From IMG/VR virus record IMGVR_UViG_3300029288_000010, positions 4,847 to 68,846 of that record: a DNA stretch of 64,000 bases; one strand, given 5' to 3'. Of this stretch, positions 19,719 to 30,071 are shown in pieces. The notes below the pieces were generated by a model. That model saw only the letters and a program-made list of their open reading frames with translations, was not told where the DNA came from and made no database searches. The translations under genes and the position numbers were made by a program. Within the stretch, counting starts at the first letter, position 1, and each line of letters begins with the position of its first letter. Source of the DNA: a virus. Lineage: Duplodnaviria; Caudoviricetes.

Positions 19719-20321
19719 ATGAATATACAGAAAAATGAAAAGAAAAGATTGGCAAGGTTTGGGGTTCTAACGCCTGGATTGTTGGATAAAGACAAACACT
19801 TTATACCAAATACAGAAGAGGGGATAGATGCAATAATAGATGCAGAAATAGATTTTGCAAAAGGTGGCTCTAATTTAGACCTATTCCACAGAGATGATAT
19901 GATATTAAGTAAACAGGATGCTATTGTAGTTGAGATGTGGATAACTGAAAATGATATGATAGTTGATTTGGAAAAAGGTGAAGTGATGCCTGATGCAGTT
20001 GTTATGGCAAAGGATGTCGAAGGCATTCTGCAAAAATCAGAAGGTGAAATTGGATTAGACGTAGAAATGGATTTAGCAACAGAAGTTTTCAGGAATAAAT
20101 ACAAGGAATATAAGTCAATAAAGAATAGAATAAAAGAAGATTTAGAATTACATAAAAAAGATCCTAATCATAAGTTTAAATATAAGAAAATAAGAAAAGG
20201 AACGTTGAGGATGGGAGTACATTATCCCAATGAGAATATTTGGAATAAAGTGCTAGATGGGACACTTGGTCAAGTTTCTATAAAGGGAGTAGCTACTGAA
20301 TTTGAAGAAGTTGACTTATAA
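19719..20321 (+). CDS. XkdF-like putative prohead protease
   Basis: IDAEIDF...LDLFH...VVEMWI...GT..MGVH...IW.KV..G.L...SIKG.A. Confidence 0.75.
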   Translation: MNIQKNEKKRLARFGVLTPGLLDKDKHFIPNTEEGIDAIIDAEIDFAKGGSNLDLFHRDDMILSKQDAIVVEMWITENDMIVDLEKGEVMPDAVVMAKDVEGILQKSEGEIGLDVEMDLATEVFRNKYKEYKSIKNRIKEDLELHKKDPNHKFKYKKIRKGTLRMGVHYPNENIWNKVLDGTLGQVSIKGVATEFEEVDL

Positions 20322-20339
20322 TAATTTTAATTGTATTAT
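20311..20339 (+). promoter_or_regulatory. sigma70-type promoter upstream of scaffold/capsid genes
   Basis: TTGACT(20311-16)-17 nt-TATTAT(20334-39). Confidence 0.6.
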
Positions 20340-20354
20340 TAAATATGGAGAAAT

Positions 20355-21320
20355 ATGATGGCTAAAGCTATTAAGTTGAAGAAATTTACAATATCAAGAA
20401 TAGCAAACTTAACAAAAGGCTCTCAAAGAGATGATGATGATGAGCAACTTGGATGTTTGTTGTATATGACCAAAGGTGAAAATTTACAGATAAATGAAGA
20501 TTTAATATTCAAAGATTTAGAAAAAGAAATAAATCTTAAAGATGGAGAATCTTTTGATATAAATGTTATTCCAGAAGTTATTAAAGGAGAAGTTGGATTA
20601 AGTGAAGACTTGAAATCCTTAAAGTATATAATTTCTGACAATAGCATCTACCAAGAAATATATGAATGCAAGCCCCATGGAGAAAATGGGGTATCATTTA
20701 TAAAGGGCTTAAGGGATGGTTCAACTGAATTACATTCTATTATATTTAATAAGCCTACATTTGATAAGACAAAAGCCACACAATGGCTTAATGCTAACTT
20801 AAGGATTAATAGTAATCTACAGAAAGGAGATAATCCAAATAGCATGGAACTTCAAGACATTCTTCCAGAAATAACTAAATCTCAGGAGAAGATTCTGGAA
20901 AAAGGGCTAGAACCGATTAACGAACTCAAGAAGGAATTTCAGTCCTTCAAGGAGGAAGTAAACTTGAGGCTTACTAAAATGGAAAAGCCTATAGAGACAA
21001 CTCCTCCAATAGATCAAGGTAAAATTGATCTCGAAAAAAAGGAAAAAGAACTCAATGACAAAATTGCAGAGTTCACAAGCTTAGCTTCTACAATCCAGAA
21101 TTTAGAGAAAGGTCAAAAGGATATCTCTGATAAAATTTCTGCGATTGAGAGCACTGGTCTAATTTCAGCTGGTGCTTTTGGAGTGCCTGGATTTGCTGGT
21201 TCACTCAACAAACCTGGAGTTGGAATCAAAGCAGAGAATGGCATGGTAATAACAAAGGCTGATGAAGGCAATGAACTTGGACCTCTTAACTTGAAGTTAT
21301 CAAAAGGGGAGGTGAATTAA
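20355..21320 (+). CDS. Capsid scaffolding/assembly protein
   Basis: Coiled-coil C-terminal half; immediately precedes the capsid gene. Confidence 0.6.
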   Translation: MMAKAIKLKKFTISRIANLTKGSQRDDDDEQLGCLLYMTKGENLQINEDLIFKDLEKEINLKDGESFDINVIPEVIKGEVGLSEDLKSLKYIISDNSIYQEIYECKPHGENGVSFIKGLRDGSTELHSIIFNKPTFDKTKATQWLNANLRINSNLQKGDNPNSMELQDILPEITKSQEKILEKGLEPINELKKEFQSFKEEVNLRLTKMEKPIETTPPIDQGKIDLEKKEKELNDKIAEFTSLASTIQNLEKGQKDISDKISAIESTGLISAGAFGVPGFAGSLNKPGVGIKAENGMVITKADEGNELGPLNLKLSKGEVN

Positions 21321-22634
21321 ATGCCATCAGAACCTAATTTAAACATACTAGACATTAAAGTTGGAACTAGGGAAATTAGAAATGCCATCAGGAATCTAAT
21401 CCTTAGTAAATCTGAAATTACTTCAGATATGTTCACTTCTGCCAATGGTGGTATGAAATTGCCTCACAGGTATGCACTCGGTTGGCTTCGGAAACTCGGA
21501 GACAATACTATGCTAAAGAAATCTGGCATGGTAGAGTTTTATGAGTTTAGGGGCAATGAATCACAAATCAATGCCATTGACTGGACAGATATGGCAATGT
21601 ATCCACAAGTAGAGCTTACTGACCACAGATATTACACTGGTCCAACATTTGATCAGATTACATTAAGCCCACAATGGTTTAGTGCTAAATTCATGATCAC
21701 AGACCAGGATGTCAATGTGGCTACTGAGACCGACTTAGGTGGTCTATTCCTTGAGCTCATGGCTATGAAGCTTGCCAATGAATATGAAAAATTAATGATT
21801 CATGGTAACAAGATTGGCCAGAACACTTCTCGTGCTAAAGCATATGATGACTACGATCCTGACAAAGTAAGCATAGATCCTACCTTCATTAAAACTGACG
21901 GTATCATATCACTTGCTGTTGCGGATGGTATTCAAGTTGACTGTAGCACATGGGAAACTAAGTATTTCAATCCTGAAATATGTAAAGAAATGCTTATGGC
22001 CATTGCTGAGGAACAACAGTTCTTGCTCCAAAGCATGCAGTTCATGGTTAGCCCAAGAGCTTATGAAGACTTCTATGAACATTGTGAAAACAAAGGTGTA
22101 GATACTGCATCTTTGCAATGGGTACTTGGCACAATGCCAATCCAATATCACAAAAAGCTGATTCATGGAGTTCCTCTTTGGGACAACAACCCAAGACAGG
22201 TCAAGAAAGCCAAAATTACATCTTCTGGTGGAACAGTGGATTTGCCTTATGTCCCAATAGTAGAGGACAGTGACAAATTTATACCTCACACAGAAGGAAC
22301 ATTCTACACCCCATATGTAAATGGCACAGCAGATGACTATACATTGGATCTTACAACTGGCAAAGTTACCCATACTGGAACTGACACATCTTCAATTCCA
22401 TTGGATACTTTCATAAACTTTACCTACAAAGGGCCTGGTGTTGCAGTAATGACATTCCCTGGAAACTTTAAATTTGCAGTTAACACTGATACTGTAAAAA
22501 TAGAGCATGACAGAGTAGTCAATGATGCCACTGACCTATATGTAAGTCATACATCTGGTGACATTGCAATGTGGAGAGCTGATGCTTGTGTATGGACAAA
22601 TGTTCAAAACAAAACACCTACGCTGGCTAGCTAA
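21321..22634 (+). CDS. Major capsid protein (HK97 fold) with inserted beta-rich domain
   Basis: GGMKLP...W.RK, ITL.P......I..Q, LA.EYEKL.IHG, TDGII, F.VSP; high-expression codon style; ~80-aa insertion near residues 290-370. Confidence 0.82.
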   Translation: MPSEPNLNILDIKVGTREIRNAIRNLILSKSEITSDMFTSANGGMKLPHRYALGWLRKLGDNTMLKKSGMVEFYEFRGNESQINAIDWTDMAMYPQVELTDHRYYTGPTFDQITLSPQWFSAKFMITDQDVNVATETDLGGLFLELMAMKLANEYEKLMIHGNKIGQNTSRAKAYDDYDPDKVSIDPTFIKTDGIISLAVADGIQVDCSTWETKYFNPEICKEMLMAIAEEQQFLLQSMQFMVSPRAYEDFYEHCENKGVDTASLQWVLGTMPIQYHKKLIHGVPLWDNNPRQVKKAKITSSGGTVDLPYVPIVEDSDKFIPHTEGTFYTPYVNGTADDYTLDLTTGKVTHTGTDTSSIPLDTFINFTYKGPGVAVMTFPGNFKFAVNTDTVKIEHDRVVNDATDLYVSHTSGDIAMWRADACVWTNVQNKTPTLAS

Positions 22635-22728
22635 TGACGAATAATAGATGGCTTCTGTTCATCTTTAAAATAAACCTTTAAGCGTCAATCATCTGATTGA
22701 GGTAGGGCGGGAGGGCTGAAAGGTTAAA

Positions 22729-23295
22729 ATGCCAAGAGCAAAAGAAGTAAAAACAATAACATCAGTAACTGTTAATGATGAAGTACTTGATAATCTTACT
22801 CCAGATATGGATATTGAAAGCAAGGATAACCTTAATGAAGATATCCCACAATCTGAGTTAGTAAAAGAAAATTCTAACAGACAATTTAGAATAACACTTG
22901 TCCATCTTCCTGCACATTATAATGGGCTAGGAGATTATGACCAGGAACGCATTGAAGGAAAGAGAAAGCAACTATTTTCGGAGCTAGGGGACTGGAAAGA
23001 AGTTGATAAAGCTATCAATGCAATCATGAACAGTAAAAACATAAGAAATACAGCTTCCCTGAGAAAGAGAATACATTTTTCTCATAGGGGACAAAAACAT
23101 TACATCAAAGATGCTAGAGTAGCCATGGAATACTACAGAGTAATCACAGCAAGACACAAGTATCAAGATGTATCAAAGGGGAAGAATAGGGCTAGATGGG
23201 TCCACAGCACCCCAGAATATGACACTTATGCTTTTGAAGTAAAATTGGTTGATACCAAAAGAAAAGTAGAAAGAGTCGTTGACAATAGGAGATAA
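22729..23295 (+). CDS. Hypothetical head-associated protein
   Basis: 188 aa directly after the capsid gene. Confidence 0.55.
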   Translation: MPRAKEVKTITSVTVNDEVLDNLTPDMDIESKDNLNEDIPQSELVKENSNRQFRITLVHLPAHYNGLGDYDQERIEGKRKQLFSELGDWKEVDKAINAIMNSKNIRNTASLRKRIHFSHRGQKHYIKDARVAMEYYRVITARHKYQDVSKGKNRARWVHSTPEYDTYAFEVKLVDTKRKVERVVDNRR

Positions 23296-23301
23296 GAGAT
23301 A

Positions 23302-24012
23302 ATGGGATTATATATAGTCTCTTCTGACATAGTAAATAAGCAAGGGCTTCCTGACAGTGAAGTTGAGAAGATCATTGATACAATAGAAGAGCAGGTTCAT
23401 TCCTATTGTATGGATATATTCTGTACTTGGGATGACATATATGATGAAAGCTATACATTTAAGTTCAGAGGAGAAGGCAATCCTGTTATTTTCATTGACA
23501 GATTAATACCCTATAACTTGATTTCCATAGCAAATATAGAATACATAGACCCAGAACTAGGGCTAGACACAATAGACGATGAATATGAGTTCAATGAATA
23601 TAGTATTACTAATCTAGACAATGCTTGGAAATCAAGTCGTAGGATGAATTATCAAGTAACATGCAATATAGGAAATGCAGAAACATCAATACTTGGAAAC
23701 ACTAACCCAAAGTATAAGCCAGAAAGCTTGCTATACTGTCTGAAAGCACTAGTAACTAGGGAAATAGACATAATGTATAGCGATGGTGCAGTATATGCTG
23801 GGACTACAAGTTTAGATGTTGATAAAATAAAAGAGTATGAGTTTAACTCAGAAACGGCATTTGATTATTCATATAAACGCAATAAATCCATAATAATAGA
23901 TCCAAGCAATCCAAACCCAACTGGAATACCAACTATAGATTCAATATTGAGAAGTTTACAGAGACAAGATATCAAAATATGGACAGCCAGACAAAACTGG
24001 AGTAAATACTAA
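23302..24012 (+). CDS. Head-tail adaptor
   Basis: IE.Q.HSYC.D.F, Y..T.N.G, E...DYSY, TG...ID.IL pattern; position. Confidence 0.65.
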   Translation: MGLYIVSSDIVNKQGLPDSEVEKIIDTIEEQVHSYCMDIFCTWDDIYDESYTFKFRGEGNPVIFIDRLIPYNLISIANIEYIDPELGLDTIDDEYEFNEYSITNLDNAWKSSRRMNYQVTCNIGNAETSILGNTNPKYKPESLLYCLKALVTREIDIMYSDGAVYAGTTSLDVDKIKEYEFNSETAFDYSYKRNKSIIIDPSNPNPTGIPTIDSILRSLQRQDIKIWTARQNWSKY

Positions 24013-24362
24013 TGCCTTCTTCCATAATGACTCCACATCAAGTAGATGTTGAGAGGCAAACTCCTGCTCAAGATGATACTGGTGGATATGATGATTCTAC
24101 CTATAGCACAATATATGAAAATCTTAAATGTAGAATAGCATCAGTAGAGTCTCTATATGGAAATAAAAACATTGGATATGCCAAAGAAATGTTTAGTGGA
24201 ATGCCAGAAGTAACTGCTGTAATGATGGCATCAACTAAATTGGATAACATGGATAGAATCACATTTGGTGATACTATATATGAAATACGTAAAATATACC
24301 CAGTATATGCATTTAGAAAACTACATCACTATACTTATGGGTTAAAGCAAATCACTATATAA
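24012..24362 (+). CDS. Head closure (stopper) protein
   Basis: V.VERQT...D.TGGY...Y.T...LKCR; DRI.FGD.IYEI; HHY. Confidence 0.75.
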   Translation: MPSSIMTPHQVDVERQTPAQDDTGGYDDSTYSTIYENLKCRIASVESLYGNKNIGYAKEMFSGMPEVTAVMMASTKLDNMDRITFGDTIYEIRKIYPVYAFRKLHHYTYGLKQITI

Positions 24363-24384
24363 TATAATTCGAGGAGAATAAACG

Positions 24385-26067
24385 ATGGGAAATTGCTCTA
24401 TTAAGATCAATCAATCAGATAACCCACTATCCTATATTAAATTCAATCTCAAAGAAATGAAAAGGAAGTTAAGGATCTGTCTATTGCAACCAGGTGGCTG
24501 TGGGGATTCTATAATGGTAGAGCCCATTGCAAGGTGGATTAAAGACAATAATGATAATACTGAAATAGCATTTGCTGCCAGGCCTGAATACATGAAGGTA
24601 ATGATGAATAATCCATATTTTAAGGTTATTGATGGATTTGAAATATTAAAGGCAATTAAAAATCATGATAGTGGGATATTGAACCAATTTGACATTCCTC
24701 CCATTAACTTTGCTACTGCAATAAATACTAATCCAGATGCAGAGAAAATGCACTACATAGATGCTCATTATAAATATATAGACCAAGATATTGACACTAA
24801 CTCCATACCAATAGAATACAAAATTCCAAGATTGTTTATAAAAGAAGATAGGGCTAAGTTAGCAAAAAGCTGGTTTAATGTTATGGAATTAAGAGATAGA
24901 ATAACTGTTGGAATACAAATAAGATCTAGTAGTTATGTAAGGAATTGGAATAAAAATAAAGAGCTTGCATTACTATTAGGTAGCAATGGATACAATGTAA
25001 TATTATTCTCAAACAACCCTTATGACTTTTTTAGTGGTCCAAACATATATACTCCGCCATTCAAATATACTCACCAGCAAATGGAGAATGTTGTAGCATT
25101 TGCAAATGAATGTGACATATTGGTTAGCCCAGACAGTAGCTTTGTTCAAATAGCACAGGCATTAAATAAGAAATTAGTATGCATGTATGGACCATTCCCA
25201 AGCGAATATAGAGTTAAATACTATGATAATGTAATAGCCATAGAGAACCATGATCATGAAAAATTTAAATGTATGCCATGTTATCTTCATCATCATACGT
25301 GCCCATTTGGATCAACTTCTCCATGTATGGACTCTATAAGTGTTGATGATGTATTTGATGCAATAGTTAAAAAGTCGCATGAATATGGCATGGATACAGG
25401 TAAACTAGTAAACACTGAATTCTATAGTGAAAAAATATACAGTTCAATTAAATGTATAGATGGCAACAATTTTGCAATAATGTCTCCAAATTATGGAGTA
25501 TGGACTTGTGAGAATGCTCAAGAAATAGCAAATAGAATTAAAACCCATACACAGGGTGCTTATCCAAATATGTCACAGTTCTGCATAGCAGACATGGGAT
25601 GCGGAGATGGAGCGCTTATGGATGCAATATCTAAATGCTCAAGAGATAAATTTTATCCGCTTCTGTATGGGATAGATATTATGGATTCTGCAAAACATCA
25701 AGCTAGGGTCAACCATCATGATATATGGAGCAATATTAAGAAGGCAGACATTAGAGAAAGATTTATTTGGTCCAATGGCAAATTAAACTGTATTATCTAC
25801 AATGAAATACTTGAGCACATGGATATATATGGTGCAATAGAAGCAATTAAAACTGGCAAATCATACTTGCATAACAAGGGAATAATGTATATATTATATA
25901 GTATGGAACATGCAAAGTTTGACATGCATAAAGTTTTTGGAATGATAGGAATGGAGATTGTATCCAATAGCATGATAGACAATAAAACAGAACTAATAGC
26001 AAGGAAAATACAGAATGAGACAAATACGAGCAATATCCAACAAAGTAATAGCAAAGAGAACCAATAG
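24385..26067 (+). CDS. GT9 (heptosyltransferase-like) glycosyltransferase fused to a class I SAM methyltransferase
   Basis: GG.GDSIM.EP..R...NPY; LVSPDSSF.QIA.AL.K....YGPF; Cys-rich CMPC....CP....CM; C-terminal ADMGCGDG. Confidence 0.82.
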   Translation: MGNCSIKINQSDNPLSYIKFNLKEMKRKLRICLLQPGGCGDSIMVEPIARWIKDNNDNTEIAFAARPEYMKVMMNNPYFKVIDGFEILKAIKNHDSGILNQFDIPPINFATAINTNPDAEKMHYIDAHYKYIDQDIDTNSIPIEYKIPRLFIKEDRAKLAKSWFNVMELRDRITVGIQIRSSSYVRNWNKNKELALLLGSNGYNVILFSNNPYDFFSGPNIYTPPFKYTHQQMENVVAFANECDILVSPDSSFVQIAQALNKKLVCMYGPFPSEYRVKYYDNVIAIENHDHEKFKCMPCYLHHHTCPFGSTSPCMDSISVDDVFDAIVKKSHEYGMDTGKLVNTEFYSEKIYSSIKCIDGNNFAIMSPNYGVWTCENAQEIANRIKTHTQGAYPNMSQFCIADMGCGDGALMDAISKCSRDKFYPLLYGIDIMDSAKHQARVNHHDIWSNIKKADIRERFIWSNGKLNCIIYNEILEHMDIYGAIEAIKTGKSYLHNKGIMYILYSMEHAKFDMHKVFGMIGMEIVSNSMIDNKTELIARKIQNETNTSNIQQSNSKENQ

Positions 26068-26290
26068 ACTCATTGAAGAGCATCATGGCATAGCAATACC
26101 ACAGACTGCAAAAGTTATTTCTGTAGTGTGTGAGGTATTGTCTGTTGGGCCAAGGGTTAGAAGTGGCATAAAAGTTGGAGACATGATATTTAAAGATCAG
26201 TATTTAAGACCAGATACTGAATTTGAAGTTGATGGTCAAAAGCTACTTTTATTAAATGAAGATGAAATTCATTGTAAGGTAGAAGAATAA
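26015..26290 (+). CDS. groES: GroES-like co-chaperonin
   Basis: VIAKR...HGIAIP..AK...VLSVGP.V..IKVGD.I....EFEVDGQKLLLLNEDEI.CKVE. Confidence 0.8.
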   Translation: MRQIRAISNKVIAKRTNRLIEEHHGIAIPQTAKVISVVCEVLSVGPRVRSGIKVGDMIFKDQYLRPDTEFEVDGQKLLLLNEDEIHCKVEE

Positions 26291-26863
26291 TTGACTGTAT
26301 TATCTAGACAGGGTCTTCCTCAAACCACTTCTTTAAATGTAAAGAAATGGAAAGTTAAAAGCAGTGGAATGACTAAAGCTACTGCTAAATTTAAGGGTGC
26401 CATAAACGTAGATTTAGAGTGGAAATTAAAATTGGATGCTGACAAGTTTTGTAGGGAATATATGGCAAAGTGTATAGAAGAGGGCATGGGTAAAATAGGG
26501 AAAGACATAAAAGATAGAGCTTACATGCAGGCCGGTGGAGAAAGAATATACATTGGTGGAATGACAAAATGGCAAAGAATAAAAGCATATTATGCAGCAA
26601 CTAAACTTTCTCCTCCTGAAAGAGTTAGAATTGAAACTGGGCTATACAAAAATAACTTCACCCATAAAATTCAATCTACTCATGAAAACTTAAAAACATC
26701 ACTAACTATTGGCAATCAATACAAACATGCAGCCTATGTAGAATCAAAAACAGGCAATTTAACTGCTGCAATGCTTTCATTGTGGGTATCCATTTTATAC
26801 CAAATAGGACTATCTCTAGGCAAAGCAATGACAACATGGGAATCAAGTAGTAATACTCAATAA
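26291..26863 (+). CDS. Tail completion/neck protein (HK97 gp10-like)
   Basis: IETGLYKNN...IGNQYKHAAYVE motif; TTG start. Confidence 0.6.
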   Translation: MTVLSRQGLPQTTSLNVKKWKVKSSGMTKATAKFKGAINVDLEWKLKLDADKFCREYMAKCIEEGMGKIGKDIKDRAYMQAGGERIYIGGMTKWQRIKAYYAATKLSPPERVRIETGLYKNNFTHKIQSTHENLKTSLTIGNQYKHAAYVESKTGNLTAAMLSLWVSILYQIGLSLGKAMTTWESSSNTQ

Positions 26864-26878
26864 ATATAAGGAACCAAT

Positions 26879-27256
26879 ATGATGGTAAAACCAATAAAAT
26901 ACAATCCAAATGAATTAGCAATATTTATAGACATCAATGATAAAAGTGACTACAGGGGAGCTGCCAACTTTGCTAGGGCAAAATATTGTATAAACATGCA
27001 CCCAATGTCTTTTAGAATATTCTATATAATGGATGAACTGTCTAATGGTAAAATAAAAGAAATTAACTCCTATTTGTTAAATATGAATGGCAAATTTAGA
27101 GGGTCGCTAATAAGATCTTGTGAAGTTGAAGAAATAGCCAATAAGTATAGGAATAAAGTTGCCATAAGTGGATCTGCAATTATAGGCAAGACATCCAATG
27201 ACAATGATTTACCAAAGATCATAGGACCATCTGATGAAAAAAAGATCACAGGATAA
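26879..27256 (+). CDS. Hypothetical protein
   Basis: AAGGA SD, 125 aa. Confidence 0.6.
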   Translation: MMVKPIKYNPNELAIFIDINDKSDYRGAANFARAKYCINMHPMSFRIFYIMDELSNGKIKEINSYLLNMNGKFRGSLIRSCEVEEIANKYRNKVAISGSAIIGKTSNDNDLPKIIGPSDEKKITG

Positions 27257-27282
27257 ATCTAGAAGATATCACTACAGAAACA

Positions 27283-29376
27283 ATGAATTTTGGCAAGAAA
27301 AATAAAGCAGAAGTTACTATTTCTATTTTGTGTTTTAATAGGCTAAATGCAACCAAAGATTGTGTTAATAGCATATTGCAATCTAAAACCAAATATGACT
27401 ACAACATTATCCTTACTGACAATGGAAGCTATGACAAGGCAAATAAAGACTTTCTAATTGAAACTTACAAGAATAATGAGAATATTGCACTACTATTGCA
27501 CAATGGCAACATGGGATTTATAGATGGCCACAGAAAGGCATTGGAAATAGCAACTGGAAAATACTTTCTATTACTAAACAATGATATCATTGTATATGAT
27601 GGATGGTTAGATGATTTAGTAGATAAAATTAAAAAAGATAAAAATGCAAAAGCAGTAGGAGTACACCCATGCAAGCTTGATAATAATGGCGTTGGAGGCA
27701 TAGTATCTAAAACAGACTTTGACTATGTGGAAGGTGACTGCCTAATGGTAGAGACTGAATTTATAAAAGAATTTGGTCTATTTTCTCCAAAACTATACTT
27801 TATATATTATGAAGATTCAGATTTATGTTTAAGGCTAAAAGAACATAACTATGGAGTAGCTTATTGTGATACCAACAAAATAGTCCACATTCCAATGGTC
27901 AAAGCAATAAATACAAGTAAGGATAAAACAAGGCATGTTCATGACAACCAAGAATATTTCAAAAAGAGATGGGGATACTATCTAAAACATAAAACATTTA
28001 AAAATGCTAAATATATTATCAAGAGAAAACATGCGATAGGAGACACCTTATATACTCTACCTATTGCAAAGACATTAAAGGAATTAAATCCTTCTTGTAA
28101 TATACTACTAGAGACAGATTGCCCTCAAATAGCAAAAATAATTCCCTATATAGATTCAACAATAGACACTGGGAGCATTAGCTATGATGGATATAATGTA
28201 TTAGACTGTGATTTTGCACATGAAAATAACCCAATGACTCCTATATATGAAGCCTTTTGGAAAAGCATTGGCATAAAAGTAAATAGCATAACTCCAGATA
28301 TCCCAATAAACAATGATGTTAATGCTAAATTAAAAGATAAATACAACTTCCCATACATAATAGCTCACTGGGGTCCATCATTTGGATGGGATGGAAGGAA
28401 TGTTGACAAGGAAACTATTGACTGTATAAGTAAGCTAATTAAAAATGAAGGTCTAAAGATAATAGAAGTTGGAACTTCAAAGAATTCTAAATACTCTGAC
28501 TATGTATTGTTGAATCAAGAGTGGGATGTTGATATAGAACTTGTAAGGAATAGTGCTGGGTTTATAGGAATAGATAGTAGTATTATGCATATTGCTCAAG
28601 CACTAGGAACAAAGGGATCTGCCATATTTGGATGTGTAGATCCAAAAACAAGGCTAACTGAAAATAGTTCTATTATTGAATATACGGCAGATGCAGTATG
28701 TAAATTCTGTTGGAATAAATCTGAACCACCAAAGACATTTATACAATGCAGAAGGGGAGACAATATTTGCATTAAAAATATAAATCCAATCCAATTTGCA
28801 GGAATAGCAGTAAAACATATAACCGGCAAAAAGATGAGCAAATTGTTTATAAACAAAAATAATATTAAACTTGAGAACTTAAAAGTAGATTGGGGATGTG
28901 GGTTTAGAAAGGAAAAAGGGTATGTTGGAATCGACATACAAGATTATGACAATGTTGATATTGTTTGTGATGTTATGGACGTTGATAAACAGAAGCTTCC
29001 CAAAGGGTCATGCATAGAAATAAGGTCATTGCACTTTATAGAGCATCATACATATAAAAATGTAATAAAAATACTAAAGGAATGGAAAGAATTGTTGGCT
29101 AATGAAGGAGTTGTTAGAATATTCTTCCCAGACATGTCTATGCTATCAAGAAAAACCAATGATGCAAGAATGCTAGACTTTTCATTAGGCCAATGGCAAA
29201 ATCAATATGATGTCCATAAGAGTTGGTGGACACAGGATTTAATGGTTAAATTTCTTGAAGAAGTAGGATTTAAAAATGTAAAAGCAATACCATATACTGG
29301 GCCTTTGCATACAGTTACTAATATGGTAAATAGAAAAGAAATATGCTGCACTTCGGGAGTGGAAGGAGAAAAATAA
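27283..29376 (+). CDS. Tri-domain GT2 + GT9 + SAM methyltransferase
   Basis: GT2: ISILCFNR, LTDNGS.D, FLLLNND, YYEDSDLC. GT9: HAIGDTL.TLP..K.LK, FIGIDSS.MHIA.ALG...AIFG. MTase: VDWGCG..K..GYVGID. Confidence 0.85.
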   Translation: MNFGKKNKAEVTISILCFNRLNATKDCVNSILQSKTKYDYNIILTDNGSYDKANKDFLIETYKNNENIALLLHNGNMGFIDGHRKALEIATGKYFLLLNNDIIVYDGWLDDLVDKIKKDKNAKAVGVHPCKLDNNGVGGIVSKTDFDYVEGDCLMVETEFIKEFGLFSPKLYFIYYEDSDLCLRLKEHNYGVAYCDTNKIVHIPMVKAINTSKDKTRHVHDNQEYFKKRWGYYLKHKTFKNAKYIIKRKHAIGDTLYTLPIAKTLKELNPSCNILLETDCPQIAKIIPYIDSTIDTGSISYDGYNVLDCDFAHENNPMTPIYEAFWKSIGIKVNSITPDIPINNDVNAKLKDKYNFPYIIAHWGPSFGWDGRNVDKETIDCISKLIKNEGLKIIEVGTSKNSKYSDYVLLNQEWDVDIELVRNSAGFIGIDSSIMHIAQALGTKGSAIFGCVDPKTRLTENSSIIEYTADAVCKFCWNKSEPPKTFIQCRRGDNICIKNINPIQFAGIAVKHITGKKMSKLFINKNNIKLENLKVDWGCGFRKEKGYVGIDIQDYDNVDIVCDVMDVDKQKLPKGSCIEIRSLHFIEHHTYKNVIKILKEWKELLANEGVVRIFFPDMSMLSRKTNDARMLDFSLGQWQNQYDVHKSWWTQDLMVKFLEEVGFKNVKAIPYTGPLHTVTNMVNRKEICCTSGVEGEK

Positions 29377-30071
29377 TGACAAGTATTGATTTTTATCAAC
29401 CAGCCTATTCCCCAAATGGGGAGTTCTTAAAGAAAGTTTGCCCATTCTTCTACCATTTTTGGTGTGATTCTTTGTGGCACAATGCAGTTCCAAAAGATAC
29501 TGCTGGGCTATCTTATTTAGACATAGGATGTGCTGATGGACTATATCTACTTAGGTTTATGCAAAGAGGTGGCAAATCAGCCTGCGGAGTTGATCCAAAA
29601 ATTAAGGCTAGTGGATTTGAATATTTAAAAGAACTATATAATCCCATTCAATATATTGGAATAGAAGGATGTGTTAATAAGGAAGGAAATATAATACCAG
29701 ATGTTGAACCAGCAAATATAGTAAATTGCATGAACATGATTGAATACACTGACGATCCATATAAATGCTTAGAAACCCTGTTAAACAAAACAATAGATAG
29801 GCTAATAGTAACTGTAGATATGGGGCCAAAGACAGGATATTCAAATAAACTTAATCAATGGTTATTTAATAAAAATGAATTTGTAAGCAAAATACCTTAT
29901 CCATTTATAGTGTGGGAAGAGAATGATTTAACATATCCTCAAATAGCATGTGTAGTTGTTAATAAAACAAATGCAATACAGCCTATGCCCCCTGGGGCAA
30001 TACATTGTTCAACGGATATTACTGAAACTCAAAAGTATTACCTTGAATCAATCGAAGTAGGAAATAAATAA
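29376..30071 (+). CDS. Class I SAM-dependent methyltransferase
   Basis: SYLDIGCADG, GVDP, CMNMIEY; likely start 29376 (TAATG overlap). Confidence 0.75.
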   Translation: MTSIDFYQPAYSPNGEFLKKVCPFFYHFWCDSLWHNAVPKDTAGLSYLDIGCADGLYLLRFMQRGGKSACGVDPKIKASGFEYLKELYNPIQYIGIEGCVNKEGNIIPDVEPANIVNCMNMIEYTDDPYKCLETLLNKTIDRLIVTVDMGPKTGYSNKLNQWLFNKNEFVSKIPYPFIVWEENDLTYPQIACVVVNKTNAIQPMPPGAIHCSTDITETQKYYLESIEVGNK

